Positions 22,604-34,319 of a stretch of DNA of 64,000 nucleotides are shown piece after piece (position 1 is the stretch's first letter; each line of letters begins with the position of its first letter). Below the pieces are notes generated by a model, which saw only the letters and a program-made list of their open reading frames with translations, ran no database searches and had not been told where the DNA came from. The position numbers and the translations under genes are program-made. Origin of the DNA: an uncultured delta proteobacterium (GTDB lineage Bacteria; Desulfobacterota; Binatia; UBA9968); the NCBI GenBank assembly GCA_963847445.1, contig CAWJZV010000012.1, positions 34,680-98,679 of the forward strand. Direction: 5' to 3'.

Positions 22604-23027
22604 GCTGACTAAGTAGGCTTATCCCGTTTGAACGCAAAAATCGCTAGGAAACCCTCAATATTCCAGATAGGCGGCGCAAAACCATTCGCATCGATGAGAA
22701 GGTTCTTTACACCCGTGCACCATCGATGTGAACCGTGACGGGCGATAACGAGACGCCCATTTCGTAAGAATTTAGGTGTCATGCGTGAATGTTCCTATTT
22801 GAGCGCTAGCGAACGTTATATGAGCATTTTGTCGGCCGCGTCGAATTAGCCGGCAATAATCCCCAATAGCCCCTGCTTCGGAACTCTTACACGTTTCCCG
22901 GGCGCCGGTCATTTTGGCTTCTCGATGAATTGTAACTGGAATTAGCTTCCGCGCTTGTTAAGATAATATGCTCAAGTTGTTGCGTGGATAGCGATGCCTT
23001 CAATTTGTCCCGATTTCGAGATGCCGC

Positions 23028-24869
23028 ATGATAGGCGTGAAAACATTTTCTGCAATCGTATTTCTTATAGCAGGCGGTCTGATTTACGCGAATCCGGCTT
23101 ATTCGGTTACGGTCGACGCTCTCGACGCGTCCAAAGATTGGCGCGTCGAAAAAATCAATCTGTCGGGTCTGAAGCGTTTCACAGAGGGTGAAATGCGCGA
23201 CGAGATCTTGACCAAGGAACGGCCTTGGTACCGATTCTGGGGCGAGCGTCCCGCTTTCGAGCCGGTAACTTTCGAACACGACCTTGAGCGGCTACGGCGT
23301 TATTACGAGGCGCGCGGTTATTACGACACGGTCATCGAGCATGATCTCTTAGTCGACGAAGACACGACTCGCGTCACCGTGGAGATTCGCTTCAAGGAAA
23401 CCTTACCCGTCGTCATCTCCCAGATCGATGTGGCGGTGATCAGCGAGCTGCCGCCAGCCGAGCGACCGCCCTTGCCGGAATCCTTGCCGGTCAAGCGCGG
23501 CGAGGTGTTTGCAGAAGCCGCGTACCAAGAGGCGGAACAAGCACTGCGCGGCGTGTTTTCGCGCCAAGGATTTGCCCATGTTGAGAGCTCGCGCAAAGCC
23601 GAAATCCGCATCGATGAGCGCGAGGTCGATATCGGCTATACGATCAAGCCTGGGCCGCCGACGATTTTCGGCGCAACCGATATTCTCGGTGCCGACAGCG
23701 TCAATCCAAGTCTGATTCAGCGCGAGCTCGCCTACGGAGCTGGCGAGAAATTTTCTTCCGAAAAGGTCGCCGAGACGCGGGCCAAGCTGCTTGGCCTCGA
23801 CCTTTTCAGCAGTGTGCGCATCGGCCCGAAGCAAACCGCCGGACAACCGGCAGTGGTGCCGATGGAGGTGGAAGTAGCTGAAAAGCCCCATCGGGAAGTT
23901 CGCATGGCGGTGGGTTATAGCACCGAAGAGGAGTTTCGCGCCCAGGCGCAGTGGCGTCATCTCAATTGGTTGGGCGGCGGGCGGCAGCTCTCGCTCCAGG
24001 CCAAGTACTCTTCGATCACCATGGGGGCCGCGGCGGATTTGGTGCAGCCGCATTTCTTCACGCCGCGAACCAAGGGTGTGCTGAGTTTTAAACTAGACCG
24101 AGAAGAAGAACAAACCTACTTGCGCACTATGACGCGCTTTATGCCGCGCGTCGATCACCAGTTCACCTCAGCCCTGAGCGGCTTTATCGGCTACCGGTTG
24201 GAGTACGATACATTAAAAGATATCGCGGCGGCGACGGAGCGGGCGCTGGGTGATATTAAACGAGAGGGCCTGGTATCGGGACCGGCCATGGGTTTGGTCT
24301 GGAACACCACCGACAACCCATTTTATCCGAAGAAAGGCGAAATCCTGTCGTTGACATTAGAACAGGCCGGTGTGATCTGGGGCGGAGCTTATAAATTTTT
24401 CAAGATCACCGGCGAGGCGAAAAAATATTACGAGATCGGCTGGGAAACGATTCTAGCCAGCCGATTGAAGGTGGGCTTGGGCGATGCGATCGGTGCCGAG
24501 GACGGTTATCCCCTGTTCGAGCGATACTACGCCGGCGGCGAGAAAAGTGTTCGAGGCTACGGCCGGCGCCGCCTCGGGCCGATCACCGACAGCAACGATC
24601 CGTTGGGCGGCTTGAGTTTGCTTGAAGGGTCTATAGAACTGCGCCGGCCCATTTGGCGCGAGCTCGGCGGCGCCCTATTCGTCGATTTTGGCCAAGTAGC
24701 GCCGCGGCCCTTCGATGTACGGATCGCCAATCTAAATTTCTCGGCGGGTTTTGGCTTGAGCTACACCACGCCGGTGGGGCCGGTGCGTCTCGATATCGGT
24801 TTCCCTTTTCAAAAACCGCCCAAGGACCAGCCTTGGCAAATTCATTTCAGCATCGGCGCGTTCTTTTAA
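23028..24869 (+). CDS. Omp85 family outer-membrane protein (TamA/BamA-like, three POTRA domains)
   Basis: POTRA motifs YEARGYY and QGF; YAGGEKSVRGY; TPVGPVRLDIG; C-terminal FSIGAFF. Confidence 0.9.
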   Translation: MIGVKTFSAIVFLIAGGLIYANPAYSVTVDALDASKDWRVEKINLSGLKRFTEGEMRDEILTKERPWYRFWGERPAFEPVTFEHDLERLRRYYEARGYYDTVIEHDLLVDEDTTRVTVEIRFKETLPVVISQIDVAVISELPPAERPPLPESLPVKRGEVFAEAAYQEAEQALRGVFSRQGFAHVESSRKAEIRIDEREVDIGYTIKPGPPTIFGATDILGADSVNPSLIQRELAYGAGEKFSSEKVAETRAKLLGLDLFSSVRIGPKQTAGQPAVVPMEVEVAEKPHREVRMAVGYSTEEEFRAQAQWRHLNWLGGGRQLSLQAKYSSITMGAAADLVQPHFFTPRTKGVLSFKLDREEEQTYLRTMTRFMPRVDHQFTSALSGFIGYRLEYDTLKDIAAATERALGDIKREGLVSGPAMGLVWNTTDNPFYPKKGEILSLTLEQAGVIWGGAYKFFKITGEAKKYYEIGWETILASRLKVGLGDAIGAEDGYPLFERYYAGGEKSVRGYGRRRLGPITDSNDPLGGLSLLEGSIELRRPIWRELGGALFVDFGQVAPRPFDVRIANLNFSAGFGLSYTTPVGPVRLDIGFPFQKPPKDQPWQIHFSIGAFF

Positions 24870-24871
24870 GG

Positions 24872-27800
24872 ATGAAGATGATGTTCCGTTATTTGCGCTG
24901 GATCGGCCTTGGGATTGGGCTGGTGCTTTTGCTGATCGCCGTCGGTCTCGGCGTCTACTCGAACACGGAAGGGTTTCGCCGCCTGGTTCGCGAACAGCTC
25001 GTCGCGGCGATCAATAGCTCTATTCGCGGCACCGTCACGCTGGAGCGGATCGAAGGATCGGTTTGGGGCGATGTGACCCTCCACGATGTCCGGCTGCGCT
25101 ACCAAGATTTCGATATCGTGCGGATTGCCCGACTCAAACTCTCCTATGCGTTGTTGCCATTGGTCTTCGGCCGTTTGCAAATCGCCCGCGCTGAGGCGGC
25201 GGAGCCAGCGGTACAGATCGTGCGCGACGAGCAGGGGCGCTGGAATATCGCCGAAGCGCTGTCTTCGGATGACACGAGCGAGTCGCAATTCGCCGTGGTG
25301 CTGAGCTCGTTGGCGCTGCGCCAGGGCGCTCTCGATCTGCGCATATTGGGAACCGAGCCGCAAGAATATCGCTTGCGCAATGTCCTGCTGGATGGACGGC
25401 TGACCGTTGATCCCAAGGGCGTTGTTTTTGACGCAGACGAAATTAGCGCTCGCTTGCAGTCGAAAACATTACCGGAGTTGGGTCTGAAGGGTTCGCTCGC
25501 TTACCTCGACGCCGGTTCGCCGCCGATTGTGAAAGTTCATGGTTTGGTGCTTGAATCGGCGGCGTCACATTTGCAATTAAGCGGCGACGTGACCGATTTC
25601 GACAAACCGAAAATCGCCGCCAAGCTAGCCATCGACAAGCTCGGCGCGGCGGATATTGTCCGCTTCGCTCCGGACTGGCCGGTCAAACAGAGCCTTGCCG
25701 GCACCATCGCCGCAAACGGGCCGCTGGAAGCACTAACGGTTGCCTTGGATATTGGCCAGGCGGGGGCTAAGGCGACGGGCAATTTTATCATCGATGCCAC
25801 CGCGCCGGCGCCGCGTTTTCGCGGAACGATCAAGCTCGCGGGTGTCGATGCGCGAACCTGGCTGGCGTCGGACCAGGGAGTCGCCGGAGTTCTCGACGGC
25901 AGCGCCGAAGTTACGGGAGTGGGAGTTGACCTCGCTCAACTGGCGGGCGCTGGCAACTTCAATATTCGCGCGGCGGAAGTAAAGGGTTGGAAGTTGGGCG
26001 ATCTGCGCCTGCAAACTAAACTGCACGAAAGCACCGCGCTCTTGAGCGGCGATCTCACAGGCGCGCTCGGCGGCGCCGAATGGCGCGGCAACGTCACGTT
26101 AAGCCAAGTGCCGCGTTACGAATTTGACTTCGCGGTTAAAAATCTCGACATCGCAAAAGTTTCCGCGGAAGGAAAATCCCTCGGCGGTGTGCTCAATTTA
26201 AAAGGAGCCGTCAAGGGTTCCGGCCTGACGCTTGCGCAGCTGAGCGGGCAGACCAATCTGGAAATTCTGCCGTCGTCCATCGGCTCGGTGAACTTACGCA
26301 AGGGTGAGCTGGTTGCGGCTCTCGCCGGTGGCAGAATTCGCATCGCCCGCGGATCGCTCAGCACGGCCGACTCATCGCTTGCGGTAAAAGGCGATATCGG
26401 CGTGGATCTCGCCCAGCAAGGCAAGCTCGATTACGAGCTGCGCAGCGAGAATATCTCGCCTTGGCTCGCGCTTGCCGGTGAGTCGGGGAGCGGCTCGCTC
26501 ACGCTTGCGGGTAGCGCGCAAGGCAATCTTACCGAGTTGAAATCCCGCGGCGCGCTGAAAGTGGCTAACCTAGGCTACGGCAAATTGGCGGTAAAGAGCG
26601 GCGCTGTTGATTTCAATCTCGCACGGACGGCGCAACAGCCGATTCCCAGCGGCGATGTCGCAGCGCGCTTGTCGGGGGTGCAAGCCGGCGTCGAGTTACA
26701 AAAGCTCGATGCTACGGCGAAGCTCGGAACGGCATCGCGCTCAGCCCGTATCGATGTTAAAGCGCAGGATGGGTCGGGGCGGATTCATACGCTTCAGAGC
26801 GCTATCGATTACAGCCAAGCCGAAATCATCGCGACATTGAGCCAGGCCAGTTTCAGCTTGCCGGACGGCATGTGGAACCTGGCAGCGCCGGCGACGCTGA
26901 GCAAACGCGGCGAAACTTTCAACGTTCAAAATCTCACCTTGCGCAACGGTGCCAAAGCCGCGGCGCTGAACGGCCACCTCGCCATGACCGGGACTCAGGG
27001 GTTGAACCTGACCGTCGATAGGTTTCCGCTCGAAGGGCTGGCGACGTTCTTTTCCGAAGCAACCGCCGATGACTGGACTGGTGGCGCTGCGCGCTCAGGT
27101 CGGCGGCACGGCGGCGGCGCCGGAGATCACAGGGACGATTAATTTGACCGATGCGAAAATCGGCGGGCAAAGCTATGCCGGCCTGGTCGCCGATCTCAGT
27201 TATCGAGAACGACAGGCAAATCTAAATCTCACGGTGCGCCAAGATGCTACGCACACGCTCACCGCCACCGGCCGGTTACCTTTGTTGGTGAGTTGGCATG
27301 ACGGATGGCGCTCGGACATCACCGGCGACATGGAGCTGCGCGTCCAATCCGCCGGTCTGAGCCTGGCGTTTCTCAACGCCTACACGGCAAAGACCGTCAG
27401 CGACCTGGGTGGCGAGATCAGTGTCGATTTGACCGCGCGCGGCCGGCCGGCGGCGCCAGCGCTAAGCGGCTCGTTTCGTCTGCGCGATGGCAAGCTCAAG
27501 GCAACACTGCTCAATGTGCCGGTTGATTCGGTTACCGCCGAGGGCAGCTTCGATGACGCGCGTGATCCGCATTCAAAAGCTCTCGGCGCGCGCCAACGAC
27601 GGAACCTTCAGCGGCAGCGGCCTGCTGACGTTGCAGAACTATCAAATCGATAATTTCAAACTGTCCCTGGCCGCGCGCCGCTGGCCGGCGATCGATACCC
27701 GGCGCTATCGCGCGCAGATTGGCGGCGCCGTTGAAATCGACGGCTCACCGGCGGCGCCAAGGATCACGGGTAAGGTCGACGTCACGGAGGCCGATTTGCG

Positions 27801-28659
27801 GCCGGATCTCGCTTTCCTCGAACGAAGCTCAACCGCGGTTAAACGCGATGCGACGATCGTGGTCGTGAACCGGGACGGTAGCGAGCGGGTAGCGCCGGTG
27901 AGAACAAGCTCAAATAATGGATTCGGCGAAAGCGAGCTATTCAAAGCGCTCACGTTGGATCTGACGCTACGCATGCCGAATAATGTCCGCGTCAGGCATG
28001 CCGACGCATCGGCGGAGCTTCGAGGCAATATTCACGCGACGAAAAAACCCGGCCAGGCTCTGCAACTCGTCGGCAACAGTGAAATCATTCGTGGCTGGGC
28101 CACCTTCCAAGGCCGGCGTTTCGATATCGTTCGCGGCGATATCGAATTCATTGGCGGCGGCAAGATCGACCCTGCTCTGGACATCCTGGCACAGCACCGT
28201 CTACCGCAGTACACGGTCGAGGCGCTGGTCGGCGGCACGGTTGAAAAACCCTCGCTGGTGCTGCGCAGCGATCCGATCCTGGATCAGTCGGATATCCTCG
28301 CGCTCTTGGTATTCGGCAAACCGACCAAGGATCTTAACAGCAGCGAGCAAGTTTCGCTCAAGCAAAGTGCCCTGGATGTGTCCACCGGTTTCGCCGCGGC
28401 GAACATGGGTGCCGCCATCGCGGAAGCCCTCGGTCTGGAGAGCTTGGGTGTAGGCGACATTAATTTTACCGGCGGCCGCGTCGGCTTGGGCCGTTATCTC
28501 GGCCGCCGCACCTACGTTACGGTCAATCAGGAGTTGGCCGGCGAGCGCGGTCAACAGGCCTCGGTGGAGGTTCAATTAGCGCCGGATTGGAAGATCGGTT
28601 CGTCGACGAGCACCAAGGGTGCGAGCGAAGTCGAAATCATTTGGCATAAACGATATTAG
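24872..28659 (+). CDS. tamB: Translocation and assembly module TamB (frameshifted)
   Basis: N-terminal TM, long AsmA-like beta repeats, DUF490-type end (LRSDPILDQSDILALLVFG, GRYLGRRTYV, WHKRY); follows the Omp85 gene. Confidence 0.85.
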
Positions 28660-28837
28660 CGAACGATAATTTCCCAGTCGTCATTGCGCTGGATTGGTTT
28701 GCCGTTCGCTCATGACTGATACCAGTGGGTCATTTAAGACCTTGGAGCTTCAGGAATTGCGCCAACTCGTATTGAAGCAAGTCGCCAATGCCATCGAGGC
28801 GATGACGATTATCTTCACGGTTTTCTCCATTGACGCT

Positions 28838-30662
28838 TCATGATGTTTGTGTCGCGGCGGCAGGCCGCTCGCCTTTCTCGCTGGCGCGTTTGACCTGATG
28901 CGCGGGAATGGATAGCAGACGGGCGGTGTTGATCAGCGCCATGTGCGTCAGCGCCTGCGGAAAGTTTCCGAGCATGCGCCGCTCACGGGTATCGTATTCC
29001 TCCGACAGCAATCCAAGATCGTTGCTCAATGCCAGCAAGCGCTCGAACAACGCCTCGCCTTCTTCGACGGCGCCCCGTCAATACCAGGCTGTCGGCAAGC
29101 CAGAACGAACAAGGCAGAAACGCGCCTTCGCCCGGCGGCAATGCGTCGACATCGGTTGCGGTCGAATAGCGCAGCACCAGTCCATCAACGACGAGGTCGC
29201 GCTCGATGGCATTGACCGTGCCGCGCACGCGCGGATCGTCGGGCGGCAGGAAACCGACCTGAGGAATCAAGAGCAGGCTGGCGTCGAGATGCGGCGAGCC
29301 GTAGGACTGTACGAAAGCATTGCGCTGCTCATCGAAGCCCAACTCGCAGACCTGCGCGTGGATCGCGTCGCGTACCTGCCGCCAATGCTCGACCGGACCG
29401 TCAAATCCGTAACACTGGGCATCCTTGACCGCCCGGTCGAAAGCCACCCAGGCCATCACCTTGGAGTGGGTGAAATGGCGGCGCGGCCCGCGAATTTCCC
29501 AGATGCCCTCATCCGGCTGCTGCCAGTTCGATTCCAGGAACTTGAGCAATACGACTTGTATTCTCCAGGCTGCCGGCTCCGGTTCCAGGCCGGCGGCTCG
29601 CGCCAGGTGCAAGGTGTCCATGACTTCGCCGTAGACATCGAGCTGGAACTGCTGCGATGCCGCGTTGCCCACGCGCACCGGAACCGCGCCGCCATAGCCG
29701 GGCAGCCAGCCGATCTCATATTCATCGAGACGCCGCTCACCGGTGACGCTGTAGAGTATCTGCAGATCTTCGGGACTACCCGCGACTGCGCGCAGAAGCC
29801 ATTTGCGCCAGGCGACCGCCTCTTCGTGATAGCCGGCGAGCAACAGCGCGTTCAACGTGAACGTGGCATCACGCAGCCAGCAATAACGGTAGTCCCAGTT
29901 GCGCACACCGCCCGGCTGCTCCGGCAACGAAGTCGTGGGCGCCGCGACTATCCCTCCGGTGGGCGCATAGGTTAGCGCTTTCAGCGTGATCAATGAGCGC
30001 ACCACGGCATCGCGCCAGCGTCCCTGGTAGGTGCAACGCTCGGACCATTCGCGCCAGTGGTTTTCGGTTGCCCTCAGCGTCCGCTCCGGATCGATGGCTT
30101 GCTGGGTAGCTTCGTGCGACGGACGGTAATTGAGCGAGAAGTGGCGGCGCTCTCCCTTGCTCAGGTGAAACTCGGCCACGGTTTTCCTGTTTTCGCCGTG
30201 GACGGCGACATCGGTATGCAGTTCCAAGGTGTCCGGCCCAGCGGTCGCCAGCAGTGTGTCGCCTGACCGCTGCACCCAGGGCACGATGGAACCGTAGTCG
30301 AAACGGACGATGAGTTCCATGCGCATGGCGACTCGCCCGCTCAAGCCTTCGACGATACGCAGCACATCCCAGCGCTCGTTCGAAAGCGGCATGCAGTCAA
30401 CGATTCGCACCGCGCCCTCGTCGGTCTCGAACTCAGTTTCTAAAATCAGGGTGCCGTCACGGTATTTGCGCCGGACGCCGTGCACCTCTGCGGCCGGTGC
30501 GATCAGCCAGCGCCCGTGCTCGGGCTCTCCCAGCAACGCCGCGAAACATGCTCCCGAATCAAATCGAGGCAGGCAAAGCCAATCGATGGAGCCGTCGCGG
30601 CCGACCAATGCCGCGGTATGGCAGTCGCCGATCAGTGCATAGTCTTCAATCGGCAGTGGCAT
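28838..30662 (-). CDS. Glycoside hydrolase family 15 (trehalase/glucoamylase-like); frameshift near 29060
   Basis: IEDYALIGD, AAPTTSLPE, RNWDYRYCWLRD, QLDVYGE, EGAFLPCSFW and GNFPQALTH. Confidence 0.93.
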
Positions 30663-30997
30663 TCATTAACCTCGGGTTGTGATTAGGTTTCTCCCTACTT
30701 CTTTTCGTCATGCCGGCCAAACGGCACGTATTACAGACAATACACGATTAGCAAAATCCGATTCATCGTGCGAGCAAGCGTTAGTAGAGCGCGGCGCTAA
30801 GAAAGATCAGCGCGAACGAGATAAGAGCAGTGCTGCGATTCTCGGCTACCCTTTTTCATCGATAAGAAATATTCATGGTGACTGTCCCATTCTTGCGCCG
30901 TTTAGCTAGTTACGGAGCGTTGGTCGCCAATGTGGGCGAATCACTTCCGGAGTTGCAATCGACAACCGCCGCGGACGTCAGAAACTACCCGCGAGAG

Positions 30998-31190
30998 CTA
31001 AATGGCAGGCGGCCTAATTTGATCCACGGCATAGCCGATCTCGGCGCCCAGGATGAACACCAATGACGCATAGTACAACCAGAAGAAAAAGAACATTAAG
31101 CCGCTGACTACGCCATAGAGGGCGAGCGCGTCACGGGCAAAGCCGACGTACCAAGCGAATCCCCAACGTAAGAGCACAAAAAGCACTCCG
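30998..31190 (-). pseudogene. YihY/BrkB family membrane protein, 3' fragment
   Basis: [15 protein letters not shown]...LYGVVSGLMFFFFWLYYASLVFILGAE matches the YihY C-terminus. Confidence 0.8.
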
Positions 31191-32321
31191 GGTACAGCAG
31201 ATAATGGCTGTTGCTTTAGCCTGATGAGCCACGAGACTTGCGGCATGGGCAACAGCTTCAGAGGAGGAAACATTGTCGGACGGAGAAAGGGATACGAAGG
31301 GCCGTCGGGCAAAAAGTCGGCCCTCCGCTACCTCGGCAGTCTCCGCCATAACCTTGACTGCCTCGACGGGATGAGCGCCTACGGCGCTTTCCTCTGAAAG
31401 CATCAGCGCATCGGAACCGTCGAGTACGGCGTTTGCAATATCGGCTACTTCCGCGCGGGTAGGTCGAGGGTTTTCGACCATAGAACGAAGCATCTGTGTG
31501 GCTGTCACCACAGGTTTGGCGGCCTGCATCGCTTTGGAAATCAGCTCCTTCTGGATGTGAGGGACCTGAGCAATCGGCACTTCAATACCGAGATCACCGC
31601 GGGCCACCATGATGGAATCGGCAACGGCAAGAATTTCGTCTATCATGTCCAACGACTCAAGCTTCTCGATTTTGGCCATTAGAGGAAGGTTTGCTTGGCG
31701 GGCTGCAAGGAAGCCTCGGGCAGATTGAATATCAGCCGGAGAGCGGACAAACGAGATTGCAACCAGATCCACACTTGCTTCAAGGCCGGACAGAAGAAGC
31801 TTTTGGTCTCGCTCGGTGAAAGCGGGCAAGCTTGAACTTCCCCCTACCGCGTTGACGCCTTTGTGATTCGCAAGGATTCCACCGAGAACGACTCGGCAAA
31901 CGATCTCCCGTGGGGCGACTGATTCGACCGCGAACTCCACTGTCCCGTCGGCAAGTAGAATGCTTTGACCTGGCCTCACTTCGTCAGGAAGTTTGGCATA
32001 GCTAACCGATGCGGATTCATGATCCCCGGGAACGTCCTCGGTTGTGAGGCGGAAACGATCTCCGGCATGAAGCTCGACCGAGCCATCTTTGAAAACGCCA
32101 AGGCGGATCTTGGGACCGGGTAGATCCTGAAGGATGGCAACAGGTTTTCCGGTCTCCTCCTCGACGACCCGGATGCGGCGTATGATGGACTGGTGTCCGC
32201 TTACCGTTCCGTGGGAGAAGTTGAGCCGAAAGACATCGGTGCCGGCCTCCACCAACTTGCGAAGCATCTCGGCCGATTCGGTAGCGGGACCAACGGTGCA
32301 AATGATCTTTGTGCGACGCAT
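31185..32321 (-). pseudogene. pyk: Pyruvate kinase, 3'-truncated (about 380 codons)
   Basis: [36 protein letters not shown] and PTRAE; breaks at CCTRS into yihY sequence. Confidence 0.9.
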
Positions 32322-32399
32322 TATGTCATCCTATCAATTTGAGGTATGGTCAGGGCTTTCTCGTCACGATCAGTCGTCACTGCACAAGCCCGTCGCGAA

Positions 32400-32483
32400 T
32401 CAAATGCAGTTCCCGTTGGCGTTTTGCGCGCCGATGAGTGGCGCGTAGTCTTCGATATTGACCAACCAGGAATACTTTTTCAT
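32400..32483 (-). pseudogene. 5' stub resembling trehalose synthase TreT (GT4)
   Basis: Manual translation MKKYSWLVNIEDYAPLIGAQNANGNCI*; IEDY..xIG resembles TreT N-termini. Confidence 0.45.
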
Positions 32484-32506
32484 GGGGTTACTGCGATTTT
32501 GATTTC

Positions 32507-32651
32507 CTATCCCTTCCACTTCCAGTCGCGCACCTCGGCATCTCCTCGCCATGGCGCGTGATGTAGGTCCAGCGCTCGGTTAGCTTATCGTGCATGAGCT
32601 GTTTCAAGTGGGCCGTGAGCCCAGCTTGGGCACGCGGTTGATGACGTCCAT
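32507..32651 (-). pseudogene. xfp: Phosphoketolase (Xfp) 3' remnant
   Basis: Manual translation with two frameshifts: MDVINRVPKLGS.AHLKQLMHDKLTERWTYITRHGEEMPEVRDWKWKG*, the XFP C-terminal signature. Confidence 0.8.
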
Positions 32652-32790
32652 GTCGCGATAAAATATGACCGACAGCGAAACACTCAGCCGAGCGCTTACC
32701 ACGGCATTCACTTCACCTGTTCCGTCCCTTCCATTTACTTCCTTGCCGTCTTGCGACGACTCACTTGTGAGTCATGTCTGACTCACGCCG

Positions 32791-33663
32791 TTAGCGCGTC
32801 GGCCGGGCGGGGGCGGCGGCGCCGGACCGCTTCAGGTAACGGTAGTAGTCGCTGTCCGTGGTGAGGATCACCACCGAGTTCTTGTTCTGTCCCTCCTTGT
32901 AGGCCTCCAGGGTGCGCGAGAAGGCGTAGAACTCGGGATCGCCGCCATAGGCTGCCCCGTAGACGCGTGTCGCCTCGGCGTCGGCCTTGCCGCGGATCTC
33001 CTGGACCCGCCGGTAGGCGGTGGAGCGGATCTGGCGCAGCTCCTTCTCCATGGTCCCGAGGATCTCCGCGCTCCGGCCTTCGCCCTCGGACCGGAACTGG
33101 GCCGCGATCCGCTTCCGCTCGGAGATCATCCGGGCGTACACCTTCTCCCGGACGCTCTCCACGTAGTCGAGACGCTTGATGCGCACGTCCACCAGCTCGA
33201 TCCCGTACTGGGGGATGATCTTCCGGGCTTCGGCCAGGATGGTCCGGGTGATCTCCTCGCGCCCGCGGGCGATCTGCTTCGTCAGCTCCTCGCGCACCTC
33301 GGCGGGAACCTCTTCCAGAACCTCGCCCTTGCGGAACCTCCCACGAGGCGCTGCGGACCAGCTCGACCAGCTCGCTGCCCGAGACCTGGTCGCGCACCAC
33401 GGAGTCGATGATATCGTTCAGGCGGGACTGGGCGCCGGCTTCCGTGGCCACGCTCTCGAGGAACTTCTTGGCGTCGGCGATTCGCCAGCGCGCCGTGGTG
33501 TCCACCCAGATGAACTCCCGTCCTTTGGTCGGGATCTGATTGGGGTCGCCATCCCAGATGAGGAGGCGCTTCTCGAAGCGGCGCACCTCCTGGATGACGG
33601 GAAGCTTGAGTGCAGCCCCGCCTCGGTCACCGGCACCCCCACGGGCCGGCCGAATTGGATGAT
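32791..33663 (-). pseudogene. hflC: Protease modulator HflC, 5'-truncated, very GC-rich
   Basis: IIQFGRPVG..VTEAGLH, VDTTARWRI, RMISERKRIAAQFRSEGEG and DPEFYAFSRTLEAY. Confidence 0.9.
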
Positions 33664-34119
33664 CGATCCCGAGATTCCAGCCCCGATCGCCAATACCACG
33701 ATTATTGCGGTAAGAGTCATCATCAGGAAGTCGCGCAACAGGCCTTTGACGAAGGTTCGTCTCACGGGCGTCTTGAACACAGTGTTGAGGACATGGCGCG
33801 CCGAACCGAACAGTGTGCTGCTAAAAAGCAAAAAGAAAATCCACCCGGTCGCGCCGAGCAGTCCGCGATGGGCAACGATCGCCGCGAAATTGTCGGCGAG
33901 AATATGCTCCGATTGCGGCAGCAATTGACCCACGAAAGACTGGACTTCAGTCATAGCGCGACTGGACTCGAGAATGGTGTATCCGAGCAGGGCAATCATC
34001 AAGAGTACCAGAGGGATGAAATACAAGAGTAAATTGAAGGCCAGGCCCATGGCGAGAAAAAAGCCGTTGTCGTGATAGAAATGGCTGGCCGTCGTTTTTA
34101 TGGAAAACCACATAATCAA
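33664..34119 (-). pseudogene. YihY/BrkB family membrane protein, 5' fragment
   Basis: FYHDNGFFLAMGLAFNLLLYFIP...LFGSARHVLNTVF; joins the hflC sequence in frame. Confidence 0.82.
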
Positions 34120-34319
34120 TTGATAACAAGCAGCCTCATCCTACCGAGTCAAGGGCTGCTCGCTGCTAATTCCGCTAGTTGACCAACCGCTCAAGCGAAA
34201 ATTGCGCTGTTCTGATCGAGCCGCGAGCGCGTGAAAAATCTCGCTTAAAATTGTCGTTTCGTCTTGACTGAAGAACGAAATGGGCTACAAACGATGGAAC
34301 AGCGGTTGTACTTCACACG

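Noticed and set aside
28908-29975. Long antisense ORFs (this one and many similar ones opposite real genes)
   Set aside because: Expected shadow ORFs in GC-rich coding DNA; no motifs or ribosome-binding sites.
33418-34119. Novel functional YihY-HflC fusion protein
   Set aside because: Abrupt composition change at the junction, and the rest of yihY lies 2.5 kb away; better explained as disruption or chimera.
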